In this document: positions 17,322-26,181 of the stretch, piece by piece
How positions within the stretch are numbered: the stretch's first letter is position 1
Layout of the letters: every line of letters starts with the position of its first letter
IMG/VR virus record: IMGVR_UViG_3300023292_000044
Coordinates: 1-27,304 of that record
Source: a virus
Lineage: Duplodnaviria; Caudoviricetes
Direction: 5' to 3' (one strand)
DNA: 27,304 bases
The notes under the pieces: generated by a model
Told to the model about the DNA's origin: nothing
Databases searched by the model: none
The model's input: the letters and a program-made list of their open reading frames with translations, nothing else
Program-made: the position numbers and the translations under genes

Positions 17322-18224
17322 TTATAATGCTTTAATAGCTGCATAATGATTATTGTTAGTCTTATGTTGACTCTCAATACAAATAACTTCACTCGGAAAT
17401 ATAAGTTCTTGAATTGTCAATGATCTAGGATTTTTAATCTTTAAAGATCTATATGCTGCAGTCAATGAACGAATAACTTTAGTCATCTCGGGGTGACCAC
17501 TTTGGATAGCTGATACAAAAGCATTTGGATTAGTCAAATATACCTTCAATGTGGCCATTACACTTCTAACAGAATCTTCTCTCTTTGTTTGATCCGGGAT
17601 ATAATCAGCCATTTCATCAAACATAACATTAGCAAATCGAACTAGAAATTGAGTTGATTGTTTAGATGGATATTCAAAATTCTTTAAAACAAAAATTACA
17701 AAGTCATCAATTACACTATCAGGAAGATTGACATCAAAATGTATCTTGTAGAAGTTTCTGAAATAAGTTCTGAACGTATCCTTGTTTAAATTGTAAAATT
17801 TTGATTTTAAGTTCCTAGATGCATAATGTTGTAGTTCATGCATTGTTAAAGAACTTAACGCCTTGTTACTCATAAAGAATAAGAATTTTGTATGGTTATC
17901 TAGCATCACATAAATCTTATTCTTGGATGCTTCATAAAACCCAAGAATCATCCTATCGAATTGATCGGAAAGGAATTTATGCCCAATCAACCGTATAACA
18001 CTCTTGTTAACAAATGCTGGAACAATAATCTGACGGTCAACCAAATTTTCAACTTTATCAATTACTGGGGATAATATTTTCTGATTATTAATAGCCTCTA
18101 CAAATTTCTTTCTTACTGAGTCGGAGCTATAAAGTTTTTGCCCACTAACAGTATCTACAACAGATAAAGATGTGGGCAGAATACCCCACGCCTCTTCTAT
18201 GTATTGAAGATCATGTTTAGCCAT
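17322..18224 (-). CDS. Putative zincin-like metallopeptidase (HExxH)
   Basis: GFYEASKNKIYVML strand followed by the LTMHELQHY helix, with a candidate distal Glu in FPSEVI. AAGGA SD. Confidence 0.6.
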   Translation of the reverse strand: MAKHDLQYIEEAWGILPTSLSVVDTVSGQKLYSSDSVRKKFVEAINNQKILSPVIDKVENLVDRQIIVPAFVNKSVIRLIGHKFLSDQFDRMILGFYEASKNKIYVMLDNHTKFLFFMSNKALSSLTMHELQHYASRNLKSKFYNLNKDTFRTYFRNFYKIHFDVNLPDSVIDDFVIFVLKNFEYPSKQSTQFLVRFANVMFDEMADYIPDQTKREDSVRSVMATLKVYLTNPNAFVSAIQSGHPEMTKVIRSLTAAYRSLKIKNPRSLTIQELIFPSEVICIESQHKTNNNHYAAIKAL

Positions 18225-18245
18225 GTTAAGTCCTTTTAGATTGAA

Positions 18246-18259
18246 TTTATATTTTGTTC
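18246..18259 (-). promoter_or_regulatory. Putative late promoter motif GAACAAAATATAAA (minus strand)
   Basis: In the 48-nt gap between the terminase and metallopeptidase genes, correctly oriented. Confidence 0.55.
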
Positions 18260-18272
18260 GAGATATATCTTC

Positions 18273-20057
18273 TTAGAAATTCCAGATATCAATATCTGGG
18301 TTGGTTGGTTTTTTAAATTCTTGCCTTCTCTTACCCGTTGTCACATTAAATCCTAGAAGTTCTGATATATCGATATTTGGATTACCATTTACTAATGATT
18401 TCAAATTCTTTTTAATATGATCATGTATTATTTTATTTGTTTTCTCTTTAGATCCAACCCTATCATCAGAGACTTCCATAGATAAACCAAACAAGGAAGG
18501 ATTGAATACCTCATCATCAAAATTCATTCCTACCGTATCCACAATTTGATCTACTAGGTTCTGACTAACAAACCCACCAGCCACACCAAGAGGGGGATCA
18601 TACATTTTAACATATGCACAGAAAGCTAAAGAAAGAGCTAAATCGTCATGCTCACCCTCATCTGCTTCTACCCTACCACTAGATTTCACTATCAATCCAA
18701 TCAACTCAAGCATCGTTCTCTTAGCTTTAATCAGGGATGGATCATCCTTTACATAAGTATATAGAGCATCTAGCATTAATGGTCTAGTCTGCGGTCCAGT
18801 ATATAATCCATATTTGTATTTAGTTGTTCTTTTGTTACTTTGTGAATTTTTAGTCTTTTGTTGATACAGTCTATATGATGATCCTGTTTGTGTCAAGAAC
18901 TCAACTACCTGATTACCGTATGAGTTATTCTCAACCACAATCATATTATTTTGATATATTTTGTTAACTAAATCAATAATCCTACAGAATTGGTCAACCC
19001 TCAAATGATCTTGGAACTCACCAACTTGTTCAAATGTTTCATAATCAATAACTTGGATAGTACTAAAGTCAGGTCCAGCCTCAGAAGCAGTATCAACACC
19101 AAGAAGGTAAAACTTGTTAGGTTCAGGCATAGCAAACTGTCTAAACTTATAACGCATGATTTCTATTTCTCTTAATGGATCTGCTTCAGATGCATTCAAT
19201 TTCAAAACAACATCACTATCAAAGAATGAATTTGATGAAGCAACAAATTTCATCTCTAATTCTTGCTCAATCTTCCATTGTACATTACCAAGTAGGTCAC
19301 ATTGAGTTTTATACCAAGTAGGATCATCTCTGAATTCAACTACATCAGTCCAATGGATCTTATGCGGTTTAAATATACTATCAGTCTCCCACGCAGCTTT
19401 CCATTGTTTATAATACCATTTACCAAGACCCACTGTTCTATTCGGAGTTGAAATAATTAAAGTAGCATAAGGAACCCCGTTCATCCTAGCAACTTTCTGA
19501 GATTTGAATAGAGCTGGAGCCATACCAGTATAAGCATCATCAATCTTTACAATATGGGCTGCTTCGTCGATGATAGCAATTGTGATGGCCTTACCTCTAA
19601 ATAGGCCCTGGGGCTTAGCAGCGTTGACCTGAGAGGCATAGAACTTACATCCGTTATCAAGGATAAAGGTCTGTTCGGTATCCTTGTCAAAGACGGGCCT
19701 AAGGAATTTAGGAAGGTTCTTGATCATGCTCATTATTTTTCTACAAAAATCTGTGGCTTCTGGGCCATCACGAGATACCATTCCTGCAACAACATTCTTA
19801 TAAAAAGTAAATACATAAGTAACGTATGCTTGAGCAAGAGTAGAAATACCAATCTGTCTAGATTTCAAAGCAACAAGATGATGGTCTTTAATTAATGATA
19901 ACAAGAAAACTTTTTGTGGGGCGTAAAGTTTCATTAACACGTTACCACCAGGCAATTCTAATTGTACATAATTTTCAATAAAATAGATTGGATCATTTTT
20001 GCATTTAAAATACTCTCTGAGCTGTTTCTTTACTTGATTATTTGTTTGTGATGCCAT
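18273..20057 (-). CDS. terL: Terminase large subunit (T4 gp17-like)
   Basis: EY.KCKNDPIYFIENYV, LY.PQ, Walker A KSRQIGIST, Walker B IAIIDEAAH, ISTPN coupling motif, and RNase H-like GVDTASE.G.DFS, VVENNSYG and HDDL. Confidence 0.95.
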   Translation of the reverse strand: MASQTNNQVKKQLREYFKCKNDPIYFIENYVQLELPGGNVLMKLYAPQKVFLLSLIKDHHLVALKSRQIGISTLAQAYVTYVFTFYKNVVAGMVSRDGPEATDFCRKIMSMIKNLPKFLRPVFDKDTEQTFILDNGCKFYASQVNAAKPQGLFRGKAITIAIIDEAAHIVKIDDAYTGMAPALFKSQKVARMNGVPYATLIISTPNRTVGLGKWYYKQWKAAWETDSIFKPHKIHWTDVVEFRDDPTWYKTQCDLLGNVQWKIEQELEMKFVASSNSFFDSDVVLKLNASEADPLREIEIMRYKFRQFAMPEPNKFYLLGVDTASEAGPDFSTIQVIDYETFEQVGEFQDHLRVDQFCRIIDLVNKIYQNNMIVVENNSYGNQVVEFLTQTGSSYRLYQQKTKNSQSNKRTTKYKYGLYTGPQTRPLMLDALYTYVKDDPSLIKAKRTMLELIGLIVKSSGRVEADEGEHDDLALSLAFCAYVKMYDPPLGVAGGFVSQNLVDQIVDTVGMNFDDEVFNPSLFGLSMEVSDDRVGSKEKTNKIIHDHIKKNLKSLVNGNPNIDISELLGFNVTTGKRRQEFKKPTNPDIDIWNF

Positions 20058-21168
20058 TAATTCTCCAACATATTTTTAAAATTTCAAGATTAGGATCTTG
20101 TAACCAATTAGATTCTTTAATACGAATAGTATCAATTGATTCTTTTAATTTTAAATTCTTCTCCCTAATAATATCATAATCTTTATGTTTAGAATATTCA
20201 TGTGAGTATTCATCAAATTCAATATCTAATTTTATATGTGGAAGGTATATATCCATACAATAACCACACATCCTTTTCTGATCCTCTATACGGTACGGTA
20301 TAACTTTGGATAAAGAAGTTAGAAATTTTGATTCTTTTCTCCCACACATATGTGAAAACCCATACATCTCTTCAATCATATCTAATTTCAAATTTCTAAA
20401 TACCAATCTGGCTTCTTCAGCCTGAGTCCAATGATCAACCCCATACTTCTCATTACACGTAGCTATAGATTTGTTCCTAACTTCTTCACTCTCCATGGGA
20501 AAATCTACACCGAAATGTTGCTGACATGATTCTATCTTTTTCTGTTTAACCTCATCAGATTGACTAGGATTGTCAACGTCATAATTTTTACGGCATGTAT
20601 CAATTCCATGTTTTCGTATATCTTTTGATTTATATGGGACTTCTACCCCATATCTAGATAATAATGATTGTCTTTGTCTAGCTTGAATTTCTGGACATTG
20701 CATAGCATAATCAACACCATACAATTCATTTATAGTATCTTTTCTTTTTTCTTTAAATTCTTCTGATTGACTAGCATTCTCAACACCATATTTTTTCAAC
20801 ATAGTTTTTTCAACTTTATCATAATGTGAAGGATGTTTTGAACCATATTTCTTTAAATTGGTATCTTCTATTTGTAGTTTCATTGAATCAGAAGAAAAAC
20901 AATTAGTTACTCCATAATGATCAAGAAATGTTCCTTCTTTCTTCTTTTGAATATCTTTATTTTTTGATACACATGCAGAACAACAAAAATCTTTATAACC
21001 ATCAAACACATTAATAAACCCAGTTGGTCCGTGACATGTTTTACATTCACCGCGTGTACCACCAAAATCTAAATAATATTTTTCAGCCGGTTTATGTTTA
21101 CAAGAAATATGAATAGATAATGATTTTTTAGATTTAAATTCTTTATGACATATCTTACAAATTTCCAT
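20038..21168 (-). CDS. Free-standing putative homing endonuclease: C2H2 finger, YGV repeats and a Vsr/PD-(D/E)xK-like nuclease domain
   Basis: CKIC...SIHISCKH and CKTC...FCCSAC, 8-9 repeats of about 23 aa with a (K/R)YGV core, and a C-terminal MDIYLPHIKLDIEFDEYSH...D..RE......IRIKE. Confidence 0.75.
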   Translation of the reverse strand: MEICKICHKEFKSKKSLSIHISCKHKPAEKYYLDFGGTRGECKTCHGPTGFINVFDGYKDFCCSACVSKNKDIQKKKEGTFLDHYGVTNCFSSDSMKLQIEDTNLKKYGSKHPSHYDKVEKTMLKKYGVENASQSEEFKEKRKDTINELYGVDYAMQCPEIQARQRQSLLSRYGVEVPYKSKDIRKHGIDTCRKNYDVDNPSQSDEVKQKKIESCQQHFGVDFPMESEEVRNKSIATCNEKYGVDHWTQAEEARLVFRNLKLDMIEEMYGFSHMCGRKESKFLTSLSKVIPYRIEDQKRMCGYCMDIYLPHIKLDIEFDEYSHEYSKHKDYDIIREKNLKLKESIDTIRIKESNWLQDPNLEILKICWRINGITNK

Positions 21169-21171
21169 AAA

Positions 21172-22491
21172 TTAATCTTTTGATTGAACCGATCTAAATG
21201 CAGTCACTACAGCAGTTGCGACATAATTATCTCCACCATTATCAGTACGCTCTTTATCAATCACGATATCACTACTCCCGATAATATAAGACCCACTATA
21301 ATTCTTTCCTGGTAACTTTTCATGTTCTGATGTTATATCAACTTCACATACCTCACCCACCTGCATAAGTCGTCGAAGACTAATATTTCGTCTAAGTAGG
21401 AATCTGATATTGAACATATCTTTAATAGCTGAACCAAATCTAGTTGTTAATGGCAATTCCGAATAATCAGCTGTATAACCTTCATTCTCAAAACCTACTG
21501 AATCAGAGAAATACATTTTTCTACTTTCTAGATCATCAAAGTATTTTGTTTCATCCTTATCATGCCATATACCCTGTTCTTCTATTACCTGGGGAGCACC
21601 TCGTTTCAGAAGATAGTATAAATCTTCTCTAGGATGTGTTATCATTATATTTTCATGTCCATAACTAGCAATAACTGAATTGGGGTAATGGACAGTTTCT
21701 ACTTCATCATGCCCTGTAACTACTTCACCCCAATTAGCTGTAACTTCTTTATTTTGATCCCAGAATTTAGTTTCGCTATCATATTGAGCTGCTAACTTAA
21801 TATATTTGAGGGTAGGAGTTCCTTTATTTGCTTGCATCTTTTCATACAAATCCCACATAAGGAACTTACCAGCATAATTACAATACCTGAATATTGGACC
21901 TTTGAATATTGCAAATTTTTCATCGATCAAATCCATCGCTCGTTTCATTGTCATTGGTGGAACTATTAATTGATTTACCTTGTAATCGTTATATCCAGTA
22001 TCAACTATAATAGCATCTGATAAATATCCTCTCAATTCCAGTAACTCTTTAACGAAATCTAAAGGGACCTTTGCAGTAGGTTCTTCCCATAATCTATTAA
22101 CAAATGATGTCATTACATTAAATGCAGGATATGGGACACATCTGAACAATGTTGATCTTCTCTGATGGTCATCATATTTAGCACCAATATTTACTTCCGG
22201 TTTCGCAGGCAAATCTAAATCTGATTCAAGATATAATAACTTCATGACAGTCGGTGGATCTAAATGATCACCATCTTCTCGTGTAAGAGTTATGCTTAAT
22301 TCAAATTCTTGTTGTCCATATAGATCGTTGTCTATAATGTCCTGGTTATCTACCTCTAAAGTTAGATCTATTATTGGCCAAACATTATTAATAGAATTGA
22401 CAATCCTTATAGACACACAGAACTGACTAAGATCTTTTCCATTTGATGTAAGTTCAACATAATATTGAGTTGCTGCTCTAACTTCCGACAT
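21172..22491 (-). CDS. Baseplate hub-like protein (T4 gp27/Mu gp44-type architecture)
   Basis: N-terminal V.L..NGKDLS...VSIRIVNSIN..WP.I.LTL.VD. C-terminal L.QVGEV.EVD......YSGSYII.S.DI.I......YVATAVV barrel pattern. Confidence 0.55.
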   Translation of the reverse strand: MSEVRAATQYYVELTSNGKDLSQFCVSIRIVNSINNVWPIIDLTLEVDNQDIIDNDLYGQQEFELSITLTREDGDHLDPPTVMKLLYLESDLDLPAKPEVNIGAKYDDHQRRSTLFRCVPYPAFNVMTSFVNRLWEEPTAKVPLDFVKELLELRGYLSDAIIVDTGYNDYKVNQLIVPPMTMKRAMDLIDEKFAIFKGPIFRYCNYAGKFLMWDLYEKMQANKGTPTLKYIKLAAQYDSETKFWDQNKEVTANWGEVVTGHDEVETVHYPNSVIASYGHENIMITHPREDLYYLLKRGAPQVIEEQGIWHDKDETKYFDDLESRKMYFSDSVGFENEGYTADYSELPLTTRFGSAIKDMFNIRFLLRRNISLRRLMQVGEVCEVDITSEHEKLPGKNYSGSYIIGSSDIVIDKERTDNGGDNYVATAVVTAFRSVQSKD

Positions 22492-22500
22492 CCAATATCC

Positions 22501-22746
22501 TTACTTTAAACTATTGATATATGCTATTACTTGAGCACACATTGTCTTATGTCTATCTGTATTGTTGTAATCTTGTATCTTCCTTAAAAATGCTTTTTGG
22601 ATACTATTTGATAAATCAACGGAACTTTGTCCGTATTCAGAAACTACTTCCTTCTGATGGGTTTCTGATTTAGCCATCGGACAAGTACCTCTAGCTACAG
22701 GCGGATGCATAAAACCACATTCTGGACATAAAACATTTGCTGCCAT
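22501..22746 (-). CDS. Small zinc-finger protein (CxxC...HPP....C)
   Basis: CPECGFMHPPVARGTCP. ATG at 22746 has a GAGAGGA SD and is preferred over TTG 22761. Confidence 0.65.
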   Translation of the reverse strand: MAANVLCPECGFMHPPVARGTCPMAKSETHQKEVVSEYGQSSVDLSNSIQKAFLRKIQDYNNTDRHKTMCAQVIAYINSLK

Positions 22747-22790
22747 TTTAATTCCTCTCAATTATAAGTTCCACTTGTGTTACTTCGTCT

Positions 22791-22806
22791 ATTTATATAT
22801 TTGTTC
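22791..22806 (-). promoter_or_regulatory. Putative late promoter motif GAACAAATATATAAAT at the head of the minus-strand late block
   Basis: Lies just downstream of the ligase terminator and upstream of the Zn-finger/hub/terminase genes. Confidence 0.55.
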
Positions 22807-22817
22807 CAAAAACAGTA

Positions 22818-22883
22818 CAAAAAAATAACAACTGGATAGGTCAGTTAAATAATACATAATATATTATCTAACATGACCACCAG
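22818..22883 (-). terminator. Long imperfect hairpin plus U-tract after the DNA ligase gene
   Basis: Plus strand CTGGATAGGTCAGTTAAATAATA (22832-22854) pairs imperfectly with TATTATCTAACATGACCACCAG (22862-22883). On the minus strand it is followed by TTGTTATTTTTTTG. Confidence 0.65.
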
Positions 22884-22897
22884 AAGTATTTTTAAAC

Positions 22898-24817
22898 TTA
22901 ACCCATATCGAATAATTCATGTTCAGTTATAATAGGAATACCATATTCAATAGCTTTCCTATATTTTGCTGAACTACTACTATTATTACATACCAGATAC
23001 ATAGTATCACTTTTCTTAATACCAGTAATCTCTCCACCATTCTCAATCACCCATTTTTCAATTTCGGATCGTTTCATGGTTTCTAGCTTCCCAGTAACAC
23101 AGAATTGCTTTCCTGTTAGATTTCCAGAACTAGTATTTACTACCATACCAAGTTCTTCTAATCCATCAATCAAACCTCTATGGGTAGTGATTCCTTCGAT
23201 TATCGCTTTCGCGGTAGTCTCACCAATATCAGGAAGTTCCATCAATTCATTAATAGTGAACTGAGCATTCTTAATCTTTTCCCAACTATAATTGTTGACA
23301 AGAAGTTTGGATACTGTTTTCCCAATACCGTTAATACCTAACGCCTGAATCAAAAACTCAGGTCTGGTATCCAATGTATCATGTATTCGTTTTACCAAAT
23401 CAACTGAAGTATTTTCACCGAAACCTTCAATTGCCTGTATCTTCTCGGAAGTCAGTGCATAGACATCCATAATATTTGAAATCCCGAGTTTTTCAAAACT
23501 AGACTCACTAAATTCTTCTAGCCCTAAAGCTATAAAGAAATGAGTCAAAGATTTAATAACCCGTGGTGGACATTCATTATTAGTACAAATGATATGTACC
23601 TCATTATCATCCCACCCAAGATGGGTTCCACACCGAGGGCATAGTTCTGGAAGGACAGCACCTGTTGCGGTCACCACACCTTTAACATAAGGAATGACTT
23701 CTTCTGATCTACACACCAGAATTTTAGATCCGACTCCGATTTGATTATCATTGATGAACTTAAAATTGAATCCAGTTGCCTTAGATAGAGTAGCCCCGCC
23801 CATTTCAATTGGTTCATAATATACCACAGGTATTAATTTACCAAGCCTAGAAACTTGGATATCAATTTTCAATACCGTAGTTGATACAGCTTCTGAATGA
23901 CTCTTAAATGCAATCTTTCTCTCAGGGATATGAACCTCTTCCCATACATAACTATTGGGGCAAATAACCTTCCCATCAGCATCGTATAAATCATCCGTGA
24001 AATTAGTTGCATCTAAAGATATCATTTTTGCTACATCTGCTATTGAAACAGATGGAGAAATATATCGCCATAAAACAACAGGCAGATTCATACTAGCAAT
24101 CTCAGCCAATTGATCAGATACTGTTTCTGGCTTACTATTAACAACAACTCCATCAAGAGTCACATGATCTATTTTCTCAATCATCTCATAGAAGTAAGCT
24201 GTCAAGAATTCAACCCTATCAAGAGATTGCTTCTTCATAAGACCAACAGCACCATTCCTACGATTCTTATATCCTAATTCAGAAGGGGGAGCAGTCAACG
24301 TAGCTTCCCCTCTAAGAACCAATTTATGATACGGTATCTTTTGAGGGAACATGACTCTAGCCTTATCGGTACAATCTTTACCAACAAAACCATCACCACG
24401 GAGTTCAGCATGACTCACTTCACCCATCTCCCATGTAACCTGAATACTCAAGCCATCAATCTTATCCATTAGAGTCCAACCAGATCCATCTCGGTGCTTC
24501 TCTAACCAGGTTTCGATATCATTTGACTTTTTATATTCAGAACATCTCTTATCTTCATAGTAATGATAGTTCGCCAAACTGCCCATCATATATTCCAGGA
24601 CTACATCTTCACCAAACTCATCAGATAAAAATCCAACTTGTGTGAAGAAAGCATTATCTGGATGCTTCTCTCTAGTTTCCCTATAGAGACTGTCATATAC
24701 AGAATCAGTAACTATAGGGCTTCCCAGTCTATATGCTATATTCCATTCCTCTAGTCTTTGAATTTCAACAATCTCAACTACAGGACTATCCGTAAACGAT
24801 AACAATTCATCACTCAT
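22898..24817 (-). CDS. ligA: NAD-dependent DNA ligase
   Basis: Domain Ia AY..G.PIVTD..YD.L, KIDGLS adenylation motif, RGDG..G, LRGE, RN..VG, DG.VI, IAFK, OB fold QVSRLG.L.PV, C4 zinc finger, HhH motifs and a BRCT domain (LTGK.FCVTGKL). ATG 24817 has an AAGGGG SD. Confidence 0.97.
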   Translation of the reverse strand: MSDELLSFTDSPVVEIVEIQRLEEWNIAYRLGSPIVTDSVYDSLYRETREKHPDNAFFTQVGFLSDEFGEDVVLEYMMGSLANYHYYEDKRCSEYKKSNDIETWLEKHRDGSGWTLMDKIDGLSIQVTWEMGEVSHAELRGDGFVGKDCTDKARVMFPQKIPYHKLVLRGEATLTAPPSELGYKNRRNGAVGLMKKQSLDRVEFLTAYFYEMIEKIDHVTLDGVVVNSKPETVSDQLAEIASMNLPVVLWRYISPSVSIADVAKMISLDATNFTDDLYDADGKVICPNSYVWEEVHIPERKIAFKSHSEAVSTTVLKIDIQVSRLGKLIPVVYYEPIEMGGATLSKATGFNFKFINDNQIGVGSKILVCRSEEVIPYVKGVVTATGAVLPELCPRCGTHLGWDDNEVHIICTNNECPPRVIKSLTHFFIALGLEEFSESSFEKLGISNIMDVYALTSEKIQAIEGFGENTSVDLVKRIHDTLDTRPEFLIQALGINGIGKTVSKLLVNNYSWEKIKNAQFTINELMELPDIGETTAKAIIEGITTHRGLIDGLEELGMVVNTSSGNLTGKQFCVTGKLETMKRSEIEKWVIENGGEITGIKKSDTMYLVCNNSSSSAKYRKAIEYGIPIITEHELFDMG

Positions 24818-24827
24818 ACTATTCCCC

Positions 24828-25751
24828 TTACGCGACGGATGAAGCTTCGGTAACTTGTTTGATGTATTCAGCAATGAAGCTACGAAGTTTAATTTCTAGA
24901 TTAATCTTCTTCTCAGCATCAATCAAGATACCAAATATAAATGATACATAATACAGATTCTTGAAACTAGATGGAAGATCTTCAAAGAGATTCAAAAACT
25001 TCCTAGTAAACTTCTTCGGAAATTTTGAAGTAAACTCTTCGACGAAAGCTTCCAACACAGGAATCTGTTTAAATTGTTCAATCTTATTTACGATATTATC
25101 TCTGATGTTTGAGACTTCCTCAAATGAAACACCCATAGACCTATCATGAATCAGTCTATGAGTATATTCATCAAGCAAGAAAGGATTATTTGAAGATAGT
25201 ACCTTTTGATTCTCGCCTTCTGGACCATAGATATTTTTCATAAATCCATAATTCAATTGTAGAGCATGATTACCACTGAATCCATTAATGATATTAAAGG
25301 ATAACCCAGCTCTACTTAGAACATCAATCTCTGCATCTGTATTAGTAATCAGTTTGAAGATAAACTTATCAGCTTCATTATCTTCTGGTAGATCCAGTTC
25401 AAATCCAGATAGGATGAAAGTAACCTTAACAGTAGTATCCCACCGATAATGTTTTTCCCCGCTAATTTCTGCATTCAATCCTTCTCTAATCTGTCTCATT
25501 ACTTCTTCTGTTTTTACCACAGTAAAGTTTTGAGTTAGACAACCATTACATGTGATCCACCGTTCCATTGATTGTTCTCGATAATGCAAATTAAACAAAT
25601 CAGATAAGCTATCATCTGGTTGCATAATACGTTTATAAAAGAACTCATAATTCATATCTTGAACTAATACATTATCCTCGATATCCTTCAATGGGACAAT
25701 TGTTTGTATGGTCACAACTTCAGTATCATCAACTAATATTTCTTCAGTCAT
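24828..25751 (-). CDS. Hypothetical protein, DUF932-like
   Basis: NFTVVKTEEV and FNIINGFSGNHALQLNYG...RLIH resemble DUF932 motifs. ATG 25751 has a GAGGTG SD and overlaps the upstream stop. Confidence 0.45.
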   Translation of the reverse strand: MTEEILVDDTEVVTIQTIVPLKDIEDNVLVQDMNYEFFYKRIMQPDDSLSDLFNLHYREQSMERWITCNGCLTQNFTVVKTEEVMRQIREGLNAEISGEKHYRWDTTVKVTFILSGFELDLPEDNEADKFIFKLITNTDAEIDVLSRAGLSFNIINGFSGNHALQLNYGFMKNIYGPEGENQKVLSSNNPFLLDEYTHRLIHDRSMGVSFEEVSNIRDNIVNKIEQFKQIPVLEAFVEEFTSKFPKKFTRKFLNLFEDLPSSFKNLYYVSFIFGILIDAEKKINLEIKLRSFIAEYIKQVTEASSVA

Positions 25752-26181
25752 CTTCTTCACCTCTTCTTAATAATTCTTGAGCTTTTTCTTTAACTAATTT
25801 AGTTTTTTCTGGATCATGCCAATATGGATCCAAACTATCATTCGGGATTCTTTCTAATATACTTATCTGATGATTTAATCCAGAAGTTGGTAAATTATAT
25901 CTAGCACCCTTAATAGCATTCAATGCGATTTTTTTACCAGCATCATCGCGACATAATTCATTCAGATATTCCACCATTTCTTTCTGTAACGGAATCGTCC
26001 CATATACAGGAAACCTTTGCGGGTTAGCCATAGCAGTATGTTTCAATGTATGAAATGATACTGGGTCCCACGGGCTTATAGATATAAGCCCGTGACAATC
26101 AGCATAGAAGATATAATCAGCCAATTTGTCGGCTTTGTAACTCGACCGCTTCTGAGTCTTCATCCCCGCAGATTTTGACAT
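25744..26181 (-). CDS. Hypothetical protein (start uncertain)
   Basis: Fills the gap between neighbours, and its stop is coupled to the next start. The true start may be downstream of 26181. Confidence 0.6.
   Translation of the reverse strand: MSKSAGMKTQKRSSYKADKLADYIFYADCHGLISISPWDPVSFHTLKHTAMANPQRFPVYGTIPLQKEMVEYLNELCRDDAGKKIALNAIKGARYNLPTSGLNHQISILERIPNDSLDPYWHDPEKTKLVKEKAQELLRRGEEDD

Noticed and set aside
18273-24817. Inteins or group I introns in terL or ligA
   Set aside because: Motif spacing is normal, and no C/S...HN splice junctions or frame breaks are seen.
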